A stretch of 24,000 nucleotides of DNA. It comes from an uncultured bacterium (lineage in GTDB: Bacteria > Patescibacteriota > Minisyncoccia > Phycocordibacterales > CAJBMK01). Location: assembly GCA_903954165.1 (NCBI GenBank), contig CAJBMK010000052.1, positions 11,950-35,949 of the forward strand, given 5' to 3'. Made by a program: the position numbers and the translations under genes. The notes below the pieces were generated by a model. It worked only from the letters and a program-made list of their open reading frames with translations. It had not been told where the DNA came from and made no database searches. Of the stretch, positions 7,839-15,589 are shown piece by piece (position 1 is the stretch's first letter; each line of letters opens with the position of its first letter).

Positions 7839-8177
7839 TTATAGCGGGGTCGGCATTCCGTTTCGGAGTGCGGTGAGAATTGCCTTTTCGGCAGCGTCCA
7901 TTTTTTCTTTTGGCATCATCTGAGCTAATGTTTCCGCTTTTTTCTGAAGATGGTTCGCGCATTTATTTCGAAAGTCCAAATTCATTTCGAGTACTGCAGC
8001 GTTAAGCAGAGACAAACGTTTCGCCGCCTTTGCTTTGTAGTACGCTTGTTCCAAATCAGAAAGATAATACCGAACATCGGCTGTTTCGTCTGGTTTTGCG
8101 ATAAAAGTTCCTTGTTGTTTAGCATCAAGGGCACCATTTTCAATTTGGCCCCAGCTGATGTGAGTTGTTGTATCCAT
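7839..8177 (-). CDS. Hypothetical protein
   Basis: I start the gene at the internal ATG at 8175-8177 (MDTTTHISWGQ...), giving 112 aa. That ATG is preceded by aggaagg about 8 nt upstream. The longer track ORF (to 8252) has no such site. Confidence 0.5.
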   Translation of the reverse strand: MDTTTHISWGQIENGALDAKQQGTFIAKPDETADVRYYLSDLEQAYYKAKAAKRLSLLNAAVLEMNLDFRNKCANHLQKKAETLAQMMPKEKMDAAEKAILTALRNGMPTPL

Positions 8178-8271
8178 TGAGTGTCCTTCCTTTTTCCGTA
8201 CTAACATTACCACATATTTCGAAAAATGGAAGGATTTGTGAATTATGGGCACCCCTGATATTTTTCAAGCC

Positions 8272-9063
8272 TTAGCTTCCAAATGTCATAAAATTAGAGC
8301 TTTCATAACGGCGAACCGCACGGTTAAAAACGAAGATTGAGAGCGTGAACCACAGAACTGATAAGATTGCTATTAGTAGTAATTTATCGAGCGACATGTT
8401 TCTTACAATTTCTACCGGAATCGAACCTACCAAAAGAGAGGGGATAATAAAGGTAAAAACAAAACGCATTCCTCCCTGAAAAGCGCCGCCGTGGAATAAG
8501 GCGGGAGTGAAGAAGAGTTCAAAAAATCCGCCGGTGACCGTGGAAGCGTCGGTGAAGAAAAAGCTTGTTGCATAGATGATTGTGATGGCGGAAAAAAAGA
8601 CCACTGAAGACAGGGCGACGAGAAGTATGATAATTACTATTTGGTAGATGGTGACATGAAGAAGTATTGCGTAAAAAGTAAGACAAATTATGCCGAATAC
8701 AATATCACCAAGAGCGGACACACCAAACGAAGACATGGCAATTCGAAGGAGAAGGTTTTTTGGTGAAAGCATAAAACGGTCAAATGCCCCCGATGCGACA
8801 CTGTCTGCAATCTTTCGAATACCGCCGGCTACCGAGAAGACGATTCCGTAGGAAAGTGCGGTAAACCCCTGTAGCCCTATAATATCGGCCACGGTCCACC
8901 CGCCTATGGTGCCGACTGATTTAACAAAAAATGTCCAGAGGATGATAAAAGCCGTATTGTTCACCGCCATGCCGATTACATTCATAAGAAAGCTTGTTCG
9001 CAGTTCGGCACTGCTTTGAATATTTTTTTTGACGGCGTAGTAAGCGAAGTATAGTTCTTTCAT
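8272..9063 (-). CDS. ABC-2-type transporter permease
   Basis: 263-aa polytopic membrane protein. It is the last gene of an ATPase-permease-permease operon on the minus strand. Confidence 0.7.
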   Translation of the reverse strand: MKELYFAYYAVKKNIQSSAELRTSFLMNVIGMAVNNTAFIILWTFFVKSVGTIGGWTVADIIGLQGFTALSYGIVFSVAGGIRKIADSVASGAFDRFMLSPKNLLLRIAMSSFGVSALGDIVFGIICLTFYAILLHVTIYQIVIIILLVALSSVVFFSAITIIYATSFFFTDASTVTGGFFELFFTPALFHGGAFQGGMRFVFTFIIPSLLVGSIPVEIVRNMSLDKLLLIAILSVLWFTLSIFVFNRAVRRYESSNFMTFGS

Positions 9064-9073
9064 ATATGTTTAT

Positions 9074-9874
9074 CTATCCTCCATTAACCGACACTTTTTT
9101 TCTTGCCTGTTCGTACATCCAATAGACAATTATTCCGAGTCCGAAAATCCATAGGAGTTGAATACCGATAAGTTCGTACCAGTTGTTTTGCCAGCTTGGG
9201 GATACTGTGTGGGTGATGAAAAGCGATGCGCCAAACGGGCTATAGAGGGCGATTTTGTACATAAGCGGTGGGAAGAGTGCAATAGGGAGATATGAGCCGC
9301 CAAGAATCATAACCGCCTTATCAACAATCCAAAATATTGGGTTTACATCTTCAATCCAGAATGACAAAAGGCCGACAATCGAATACACACAAAGTGTCAG
9401 AACTGCTCCGAGGAGAAATGTGAGGGTAAAGCTAGGCAAAAACATGCCGATTGTTATGGTGGGTGGAAAGCCGATTGCAAGGGTTAATAGTATACTCGCG
9501 ACGATGGAGATTATAATGAATGAGAAAATTCCCGAACCGATTTGCCACCATATTCGGTACAAAAGATAGGACACCGGTTTGCTGAAGAGTACTTCTACGT
9601 TTCCCGATTGAACGTCTTGCATTATTGTTCGGGCAATACCGCTTAAGTGTAAAACAGAAAAGGAAAAGTAAAAAAACATACTCCATGCGGTAAAAAGAAA
9701 GGTGGTGTTATTGATTACGCCGTTATTTAATTTAAAAACATACCAGTAAAGAATAAGAAGAATGCCACATCGTGCCACAACAGAAAAAGTGTCCACGATA
9801 AGCTTTCCCGGATAGAGCATCCGGTCCTTGATAAGTATTTTTACTATGTTAATTGCCAGTCGTGTCTCTTTCAT
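9074..9874 (-). CDS. ABC-2-type transporter permease
   Basis: Polytopic membrane protein. The start is uncertain: the track ORF begins at 9916, and I prefer M15 (MKETRLAINIV...) at 9874. Either way it overlaps the 3' end of the ATPase gene. Confidence 0.65.
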   Translation of the reverse strand: MKETRLAINIVKILIKDRMLYPGKLIVDTFSVVARCGILLILYWYVFKLNNGVINNTTFLFTAWSMFFYFSFSVLHLSGIARTIMQDVQSGNVEVLFSKPVSYLLYRIWWQIGSGIFSFIIISIVASILLTLAIGFPPTITIGMFLPSFTLTFLLGAVLTLCVYSIVGLLSFWIEDVNPIFWIVDKAVMILGGSYLPIALFPPLMYKIALYSPFGASLFITHTVSPSWQNNWYELIGIQLLWIFGLGIIVYWMYEQARKKVSVNGG

Positions 9875-10850
9875 AAATATGTCGGATAACCGTTTCAAGG
9901 TCTGCATTATAAACATCGATGTCTTCTACGTGAAAAAGGTCAAGAAGTTTTCGCAATGATTCCTGTACGTTGATTTTGTTGATATCAACAACAACCGTTA
10001 TTTTGTTTTCGTCTTGATGAGTATAGCGGATTCCAAGCGGAAGCTCCGGAAAGCCTGTAAATCTAACTTCGGCGATAAGGTCGATGTATTTTTCGAAGAC
10101 GAATGTTTTGGCCAAATTTTCGGTTGGTAAATCTTTAATCAGTGTGCCGTGATTTATAACAATAGTTCGGTCGCACAATGTTTCGATATCACCAACATCG
10201 TGTGAGGTGAGGAATATTGTGGTGTTTTCTTCTTTGTTTATTTTGAGCAAAAGGTCACGAAGAGATTTTTTGGCAACAACATCGAGTCCGATGGTGGGTT
10301 CGTCCAAAAGGATTATTTTTGGCCGATGAATGAGCGACGCTGCCACTTCCGCCCGCATGCGTTGACCGAGAGAAAGTTTGCGTACCGGCTGGAGGAGGAA
10401 TGGGTCGAGCTCGAAAACACGGACTAATTCGGCAATACGGTCATTAATGTCTTGCTTTGACATGTCGTACATGACGCCAAAAAATTCAAGTGAGTCGGTC
10501 AACGGTAGGTTGGGTAGAAGTTGCGATCGTTGGCCGAAGACGGTGCCGATTTGGTAGGCAAGCTTTTTGCGGTCTTTGGTCGGGTCAAAGCCAAGAATAC
10601 TTACGGTACCGGAAGTTGGGAAAAGAATTCCCGTCAGCATTTTAATAGTCGTTGACTTGCCGGCACCGTTTGGTCCGATAAAAGCGATGCGTTCGCCGTG
10701 TTTGACTGAGAATGAAATGTTATTGACCGCCACGATTTCCTTGGTGCCGGGAGCAAAGAGGTTTTTTATCCAGCCCGAATGGGGATTCTTTACGGAGTAC
10801 GAGAACTTTTTTGTAAGACCGGTTACGGTGATTGCAATATTGTTCTTCAT
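9849..10850 (-). CDS. ABC transporter ATP-binding protein
   Basis: 333-aa ORF. Walker A is GPNGAGKSTT, the ABC signature is LSLGQRMR, and Walker B is ILLDEPTIGLD, followed by the H-loop SHD. Confidence 0.9.
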   Translation of the reverse strand: MKNNIAITVTGLTKKFSYSVKNPHSGWIKNLFAPGTKEIVAVNNISFSVKHGERIAFIGPNGAGKSTTIKMLTGILFPTSGTVSILGFDPTKDRKKLAYQIGTVFGQRSQLLPNLPLTDSLEFFGVMYDMSKQDINDRIAELVRVFELDPFLLQPVRKLSLGQRMRAEVAASLIHRPKIILLDEPTIGLDVVAKKSLRDLLLKINKEENTTIFLTSHDVGDIETLCDRTIVINHGTLIKDLPTENLAKTFVFEKYIDLIAEVRFTGFPELPLGIRYTHQDENKITVVVDINKINVQESLRKLLDLFHVEDIDVYNADLETVIRHIYERDTTGN

Positions 10851-11032
10851 ATATTCACTCTAGCATGGGGGAAGAAAGGGGGGAAGAGAGACAGTATCTG
10901 ACAAATATACGAGAGAATCTTCCTTGTTTGGTCAAATCCTCCGGTGTTATTTCAATGATGTTCGGAACGGTAAATTAATATGTCTTGTGCGACCATAAAA
11001 ATGAACAAGGTCATTAAATAAAGGGTATGAAG

Positions 11033-11521
11033 TTATTGTATATTTCTCGCTAAAAATACAATCAAGAACGGTAAAATTATAATAATAGCCGCAACCCCAA
11101 AATAGTCATACCAGGGCGATCTAAAGAGAGATGTAACATTTTGTAAAAATGTGGCGTAGACTTGAGAAATATAATGTTTATAGGTATAAGCTTTTCTTTT
11201 TCCTAAAAAATATTGTAGAGATGCGATAGTTGGAATTGATAATACACAAAGAAATATCATCGTGACACACGCAAAAAAAGATAGAGAATTTATGCGTCCT
11301 AAAATGACCAGAAGAGAAGAAAAGATTACAAAGACAGAAAGGTGGTAATCCGTCATCTCAGAACGCCAGTTCGAGCTAAACCTCATGAAATTTATTATTC
11401 CATCTACTACAATAGGAATTCTTTTGGTGTAGTCAAATTCAGACCAAGGATTTGCCGCATGCACAATTCCCATTCCCAATAAGGGCAATGATAGAATTAG
11501 ATAAATAGTTATTAGGGTCAT
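11033..11521 (-). CDS. Hypothetical polytopic membrane protein (AT-rich block)
   Basis: 162-aa ORF with about 4 hydrophobic segments. It lies in the AT-rich segment. No family recognised. Confidence 0.5.
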   Translation of the reverse strand: MTLITIYLILSLPLLGMGIVHAANPWSEFDYTKRIPIVVDGIINFMRFSSNWRSEMTDYHLSVFVIFSSLLVILGRINSLSFFACVTMIFLCVLSIPTIASLQYFLGKRKAYTYKHYISQVYATFLQNVTSLFRSPWYDYFGVAAIIIILPFLIVFLARNIQ

Positions 11522-11526
11522 TGCTG

Positions 11527-11697
11527 TTATTTTCTAATGAAAATTAGAATGTCCTCTATTATAAACGGAACCAGACATATGAGGCCAACAATTCTTCCGT
11601 GTTGTTTTGATTCAGGCCAAAGTTTTGATTTGCTCGATGTTTGTAACTGGCCTTTCCACAAAAAGAATATACCGATAATAAATAAAATTATGTCCAT
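11527..11697 (-). CDS. Possible 56-aa membrane peptide (below ORF-track cutoff)
   Basis: The reverse-strand ATG at 11695-11697 gives MDIILFIIGIFFLWKGQLQTSSKSKLWPESKQHGRIVGLICLVPFIIEDILIFIRK, with two hydrophobic segments. The stop lies 5 nt before the start of the 162-aa gene. There is no clear RBS. Confidence 0.3.
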   Translation of the reverse strand: MDIILFIIGIFFLWKGQLQTSSKSKLWPESKQHGRIVGLICLVPFIIEDILIFIRK

Positions 11698-11834
11698 GTG
11701 CGAATTTGTTACATAAACGTCTAATAAGAATCTAGGTTTATGAATTAGTTATATCAAAATTAGACTCTTTAAACAATCTAAAAAACAGTGGGGGGTTCGA
11801 ATTATATACAGAATGGATATCCGACAAATGTATA

Positions 11835-12016
11835 AGGTGCGCCGATTACATCAATAGGTACTTTTTGATTTTATTTTCGTCTGGGAAGACTCAATAAAAT
11901 AGCGAAAAGTCTTTCGAATCTCACGCGCAAGCAATGCGGGCGGATTGCTTGCTCTCATCCGCCTAAAAAATCAGCACGCGTGGAGTGTGTGATTTTTAAT
12001 AGCGGAGAATGTTGGT
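11835..12016 (-). repeat. tRNA-3'-flank structured element, scaffold type 2, Ser-matched, detached from any tRNA (copy S3)
   Basis: Read on the minus strand: attaaaaatcacacactccacgcgtgctgatttttt (H1), ggcggatgaga, H2 gcaagcaat/attgcttgc, gcgtgagattcgaa, P3 actttt/aaaagt, and P4 attttatt/aataaaat tipped gtct-tccc-agac. About 11912-12010 is a near copy of about 14233-14325. The 3' module is degenerate. Confidence 0.6.
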
Positions 12017-12068
12017 TTGGTGTTGAAGTTAGTCAAGAATTGTAAGGCCAATTTGTTTCTTACCTCAT

Positions 12069-14054
12069 TTATTTAAAAATATACTCTCCTTTAAATACTT
12101 CAAACTTCAAAACTTCCTTTTCTTGCATTTCGGTTTCTGCTATTTTTGTTAATTTTATTTTGTACTGTTTGCATATATCTTCTAATAAATCATAATTACC
12201 TAAATCGGTAGAAAATCCAATCAAAATTTCACCATTCTGTTTTAAGTATTTCTTACAATCCTTTAAATATTTTCTTATTGCACGATAACCGGCATCAAAA
12301 AATTGAGCGTCTTCCATTGTTATGTTTGTTCCCGGGTCCATAAAACCAAATGGCATAGCCCAAAAAATCACATCAAATTTTTCTGTTTCCGGTATACCGT
12401 CCAATACATCACCGCTCGTGGCCTTGATTCTATCTTCTACTCCAATTAGCTTTGCGTTGTATAAAGTATTCTCCGGGGCAAATGGATTTATGTCTGTTGC
12501 AAAAATCTCTAAGCCGCTATTTTCTTTTGCAAGATAACAAGAAATAATTCCTGACCCGCATCCAACTTCGCAGAAATATTTCTTATCTTTAATAAGGCCG
12601 TTTACAACTTCTGCATACCACGTTGTTGATGGGAAGTATGATGGATTAAAAACTGCGGGGTGCACAGAATATGTGCTACCAAGAATCGTTGCGTTTACCC
12701 AATCCTCCTTTTTGTTTTGATTTTGGAAGGTTCTTGTTTGTTCTATTCCTGCTTGTATTGGATCATCAAAACGAATTAACTGCGTTAGGTATGTTTTTAT
12801 TTTATCAGTATCAATATCGCCATTTGTTTTTAATTTTGTTTCTGCGTCAATGGAAAAATTAATCTTGAAATATCTTCGTAATTCAAAGTAGTTATTTAAA
12901 TCATCCGGTCCAAATCCCCCAAAAATTGCAATGTCGTTTAGGTCGTATGTTAATAAATTATTTATTTTGCTAATTAAATTTTCTTTGCTTTCCTGAATAC
13001 CTTTTCCTTTGCTATTGTCTAGTAATATAAATGCTTTATTGTCTTTAATTAACGTTCTAAAATTCTCGTCTTCGATTAAATGGATATTTTCATCATCAAG
13101 CGGAATATCCGCCAAAAAGTTCTCAGTAACATACTTTACGAAGCGTAAGTTATCTTCTGTATTAAAATCGTTTGTTTGTAAATACTTTACAAAAGGTAAC
13201 TCATTTTTAATTCTTTCTGTGTCTAGGATTTGATTGTTTGAATAGGTATATGAAAAATGTAAGATAGGAACGAATCCCTCATAAAATTCGCACACCTTAA
13301 AAATATCCTCTACATTTTTAAGTTTTTCTTTATTTTGAAAATCCCTTGAATCAAATTGTACCCCTATACAGATTTTTAATAGGGGATCTTTTTTCTTATT
13401 TTTCAAAAACTCGCCTATTTCTTCGACGGTTTGAGGTTTGTCTGCGTGGAACTGATAGAAATAATAGCTTACTTCTTGGCTGAAAAAATGTTTAAATTTA
13501 GATTTTTTTGTCTCGAAATATTTTTTATTTACATCATTTAATCCCACAATTAAAGACCTTCTTTCAACGATCTCAATTCCAGTCTTTGCAATTTCGGAAA
13601 CTTTCGACGGATTGTTTGTTAAAAGAATTATTTGATTTACACCGAGGTCATTTAAGGCGACTTTGACCATCTCATATGTTCTTTCATCCGGGTTGTGTCC
13701 AAGCATTACGTTTGCCTCAAACGTATCATAACCTTTTGCCTGTAGTTTGTACGCTTTTATTTTTTCATATAGTCCGATACCGCGACCTTCCTGTCTTAAA
13801 TAAATCACACATCCGTTTCCGTTTTTTTGTATTTCAATCAAGGCTGTCTCAAGCTGTTCTCCACAGTCACATTGTAGGCTTTGAAAAACATCTCCCGTCA
13901 TGCATTCACTATGAACTCTGGTTAAAATCGGCTCTTTTGGATTAAGATGCTCGGTATAAACCACAACGGTTTCTTTACCGTGATTTTCCGCATATACGCG
14001 AAAGTTAAATTTTCCTAATTTAGTATTTATAAGTGATTCTGAAAATTTCTTCAT
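12069..14054 (-). CDS. Three-domain fusion: GTP cyclohydrolase II (RibA) + TrpF/PRAI-like TIM-barrel domain + class I SAM-dependent methyltransferase
   Basis: 661-aa ORF. Residues ~1-195 align with RibA along their length: RVHSECMTGDVFQSLQCDCGEQL carries the zinc Cys triad, and RQEGRGIGLYEKIKAYKLQ, GYDTFEAN, DERTY and LLTNNPSKV also match. The middle domain has KICIG, ILLDNSKGKG, IAIFGGFGPDDL and FSIDAETKLKTNGDIDTDKIKTYL. These mirror the PRAI blocks KICG, LLD..GGSG, LSGGL.PENV and VDVSSGVE..G.KD..KI..F. The C-terminus has VGCGSG (motif I), ATDINP, and IFWAMPFG at the position of the NPPY-type motif IV. Confidence 0.8.
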   Translation of the reverse strand: MKKFSESLINTKLGKFNFRVYAENHGKETVVVYTEHLNPKEPILTRVHSECMTGDVFQSLQCDCGEQLETALIEIQKNGNGCVIYLRQEGRGIGLYEKIKAYKLQAKGYDTFEANVMLGHNPDERTYEMVKVALNDLGVNQIILLTNNPSKVSEIAKTGIEIVERRSLIVGLNDVNKKYFETKKSKFKHFFSQEVSYYFYQFHADKPQTVEEIGEFLKNKKKDPLLKICIGVQFDSRDFQNKEKLKNVEDIFKVCEFYEGFVPILHFSYTYSNNQILDTERIKNELPFVKYLQTNDFNTEDNLRFVKYVTENFLADIPLDDENIHLIEDENFRTLIKDNKAFILLDNSKGKGIQESKENLISKINNLLTYDLNDIAIFGGFGPDDLNNYFELRRYFKINFSIDAETKLKTNGDIDTDKIKTYLTQLIRFDDPIQAGIEQTRTFQNQNKKEDWVNATILGSTYSVHPAVFNPSYFPSTTWYAEVVNGLIKDKKYFCEVGCGSGIISCYLAKENSGLEIFATDINPFAPENTLYNAKLIGVEDRIKATSGDVLDGIPETEKFDVIFWAMPFGFMDPGTNITMEDAQFFDAGYRAIRKYLKDCKKYLKQNGEILIGFSTDLGNYDLLEDICKQYKIKLTKIAETEMQEKEVLKFEVFKGEYIFK

Positions 14055-14127
14055 AGAAAATATTATACTATAAATTTATATAACAAGCCTAAAATAGGTA
14101 TAGAATCCTATTTTATAACAGGGTTAA

Positions 14128-14316
14128 TGGTGGAGGAGGTGAGACCGCGAGTACGCTTTTCGAAGCTTACAGCTTCAGTACAGGTTTCCCATTTTTTCAC
14201 GATAGGAATCGCTCAAAAATAGGGGAGAACCTTTTCGAATCTCACGCGCAAGCGAAGCAGTTCGCTTGCTCTCCTCCGTCTAAAAAATCAGCACGCGTAG
14301 GGTGTGCGATTTTAAT
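14128..14316 (-). repeat. tRNA-3'-flank structured element, scaffold type 2, Ser-matched (copy S2)
   Basis: Read on the minus strand: H1 aaaatcgcac...gtgctgatttt, gacggaggaga, H2 gcaagcgaa-ctgc-ttcgcttgc, gcgtgagattcgaa, P3 aaggttctcccc/gggaaacct, P4 attttt/aaaaat, and the module gtactgaagctgtaagcttcgaa. A 14-nt insert follows, then the tail tctcacctcctccacca (plus strand 14128-14144). Confidence 0.7.
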
Positions 14317-14500
14317 TGCGGAGGAGGTGAGACCGCGAGTACGCTTTTCGAACGTTACACGTTCAGTACCCCGATTGGATTTTCTCTGCGTTGGGAAACT
14401 TGAGAAAATGCTCAATCAGGCTTCGAATCTCACCCGGAAGTGCTCCCAGCACTTCCTCTCCTCGCGCCAAATCAAAACCGCCCTGAAAGGCGGTTGGATT
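14317..14500 (-). repeat. tRNA-3'-flank structured element, scaffold type 1, Ser-matched (copy S1)
   Basis: Read on the minus strand directly after the tRNA-Ser CCA: H1 aaccgcc-tttcag-ggcggtt (plus 14476-14495), flanked by ccaaatc/gatttgg. Then ggcgcgaggaga, H2 ggaagtgct/agcacttcc (plus 14436-14456), gggtgagattcgaa, P3 cctgattg/caatcggg, and P4 attttctc/gagaaaat tipped gtt-tccc-aac. The module is gtactgaacgtgtaacgttcgaa. A 14-nt insert follows, then the tail tctcacctcctccgca (plus 14317-14332). Confidence 0.7.
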
Positions 14501-14590
14501 TGGCGGAGGAGGTGAGATTCGAACTCACGACACCTGTAAAGGTGTGACGGTTTTCAAGACCGTTGCTTTAGACCGCTCAGCCACTCCTCC
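14501..14590 (-). tRNA. tRNA-Ser (anticodon UGA), class II with long variable arm, CCA encoded
   Basis: The reverse complement reads ggaggagtggctgagcggtctaaagcaacggtcttgaaaaccgtcacacctttacaggtgtcgtgagttcgaatctcacctcctccgcca. Acceptor ggaggag/ctcctcc. Anticodon arm acggt-ctTGAaa-accgt. Variable arm cacc-tttaca-ggtg. T arm gtgag-ttcgaat-ctcac. Confidence 0.9.
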
Positions 14591-14690
14591 GTGATGTTGG
14601 TGACCGAACAGATGTTGGTCACGTAAGCGAAATAATAGCAGAAAAGGGGAGAAAAACAAGCGGGGCGGGTATTTATGCTATACTCTTTGT

Positions 14691-15095
14691 ATGCGTATTG
14701 CGGGTATTGATTATGGTTCAAAACGAATAGGGTTAGCCGTTTCCGACGAAAGCGGTACGTTGGCCTTTCCAAAAAAAGTTGTTCAAAATACGGCCGACGC
14801 CGTCGCTCTTGTTGCGGCTTTCATTAAAGAGAATACGGCGGAACGGGTGGTGGTGGGGGAATCGAAGAAGCTGACCGGAGAGGCCAACATCATTCAAAAA
14901 GACGCGATTGTGTTTCGGGATTTGCTTGCGCAAGCCGTTGGTTTTGCGGTAGATTTTGAACCGGAACAGTATTCATCGTTTGAAGCGGAACGTTTTCAGG
15001 AAAAAGATGAAATGCTGGATGCGCGGGCCGCGGCCATAATATTGCAGCGATATTTGGATAGGAGAAAGCATACGGAAGCCGGTACTAATATATAG
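14691..15095 (+). CDS. ruvX: Holliday junction resolvase-like / pre-16S rRNA nuclease YqgF (RuvX)
   Basis: 134-aa ORF. The N-terminus MRIAGIDYGSKRIGLAVSD is the YqgF signature. Size and the C-terminal ...DARAAAIILQRYL also fit. Confidence 0.8.
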   Translation: MRIAGIDYGSKRIGLAVSDESGTLAFPKKVVQNTADAVALVAAFIKENTAERVVVGESKKLTGEANIIQKDAIVFRDLLAQAVGFAVDFEPEQYSSFEAERFQEKDEMLDARAAAIILQRYLDRRKHTEAGTNI

Positions 15096-15120
15096 AGTGA
15101 ATAAAAATTAAAATATAACC

Positions 15121-15585
15121 ATGAAAGACGATATTCAAAAAAAAGTGGATGAAAAAAAAGAAAATGTTTCCGGAAATGTGGAAGCGGTAATTACTGCGCC
15201 GGCCGTAGCAATAGCTCCGGCGGTTCCCGTAACGACACCGGTTGGTGTACTGCCGGTAAAAATTCAATACGATGATTTTCAAAAAGTTGAATTGAGAATC
15301 GGCAAGATTTTGACGGCGGAAAAGGTGGCAAATGCGGATAAGTTGCTTTGCCTGACTGTTGATTTTGCCGAACCGGCACCTCGCCAAATTGTTTCCGGCA
15401 TTTCCATGTTTTTCCCGGACCCTAATGTGCTGGTAGGGAAACATTGTGCTTTTTGTACCAATCTTGCCCCGCGAATTCTTCGTGGTCTGGAAAGTGACGG
15501 CATGATTCTTGCGGTCAGTACGGAAACGGTGTTTTCTCTGATGGAGGTGCCGACAACTATTCCCGCGGGAACAAAACTAAAATAA
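15121..15585 (+). CDS. tRNA-binding domain protein (CsaA / EMAP-II-like OB fold)
   Basis: 154-aa ORF. FQKVELRIGKILTAEKVANADKLLCLTVDF...QIVSGI...VGKHCAFCTNLAPRILRGLESDGMILA matches the tRNA_bind domain found in CsaA and at MetRS/PheRS C-termini. Confidence 0.75.
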   Translation: MKDDIQKKVDEKKENVSGNVEAVITAPAVAIAPAVPVTTPVGVLPVKIQYDDFQKVELRIGKILTAEKVANADKLLCLTVDFAEPAPRQIVSGISMFFPDPNVLVGKHCAFCTNLAPRILRGLESDGMILAVSTETVFSLMEVPTTIPAGTKLK

Positions 15586-15589
15586 ATAC

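Noticed and set aside
11835-14332. Integron gene cassette with attC sites
   Set aside because: A gene flanked by imperfect palindromes is superficially similar to a cassette. I could not find the RYYYAAC / GTTRRRY core sites. There is no intI or attI in the window. The elements are larger than attC and contain tRNA-derived sequence.
14327-14515. Track ORF of 62 aa
   Set aside because: It covers element S1 and runs into the 3' end of tRNA-Ser on the opposite strand. It is a repeat artefact.
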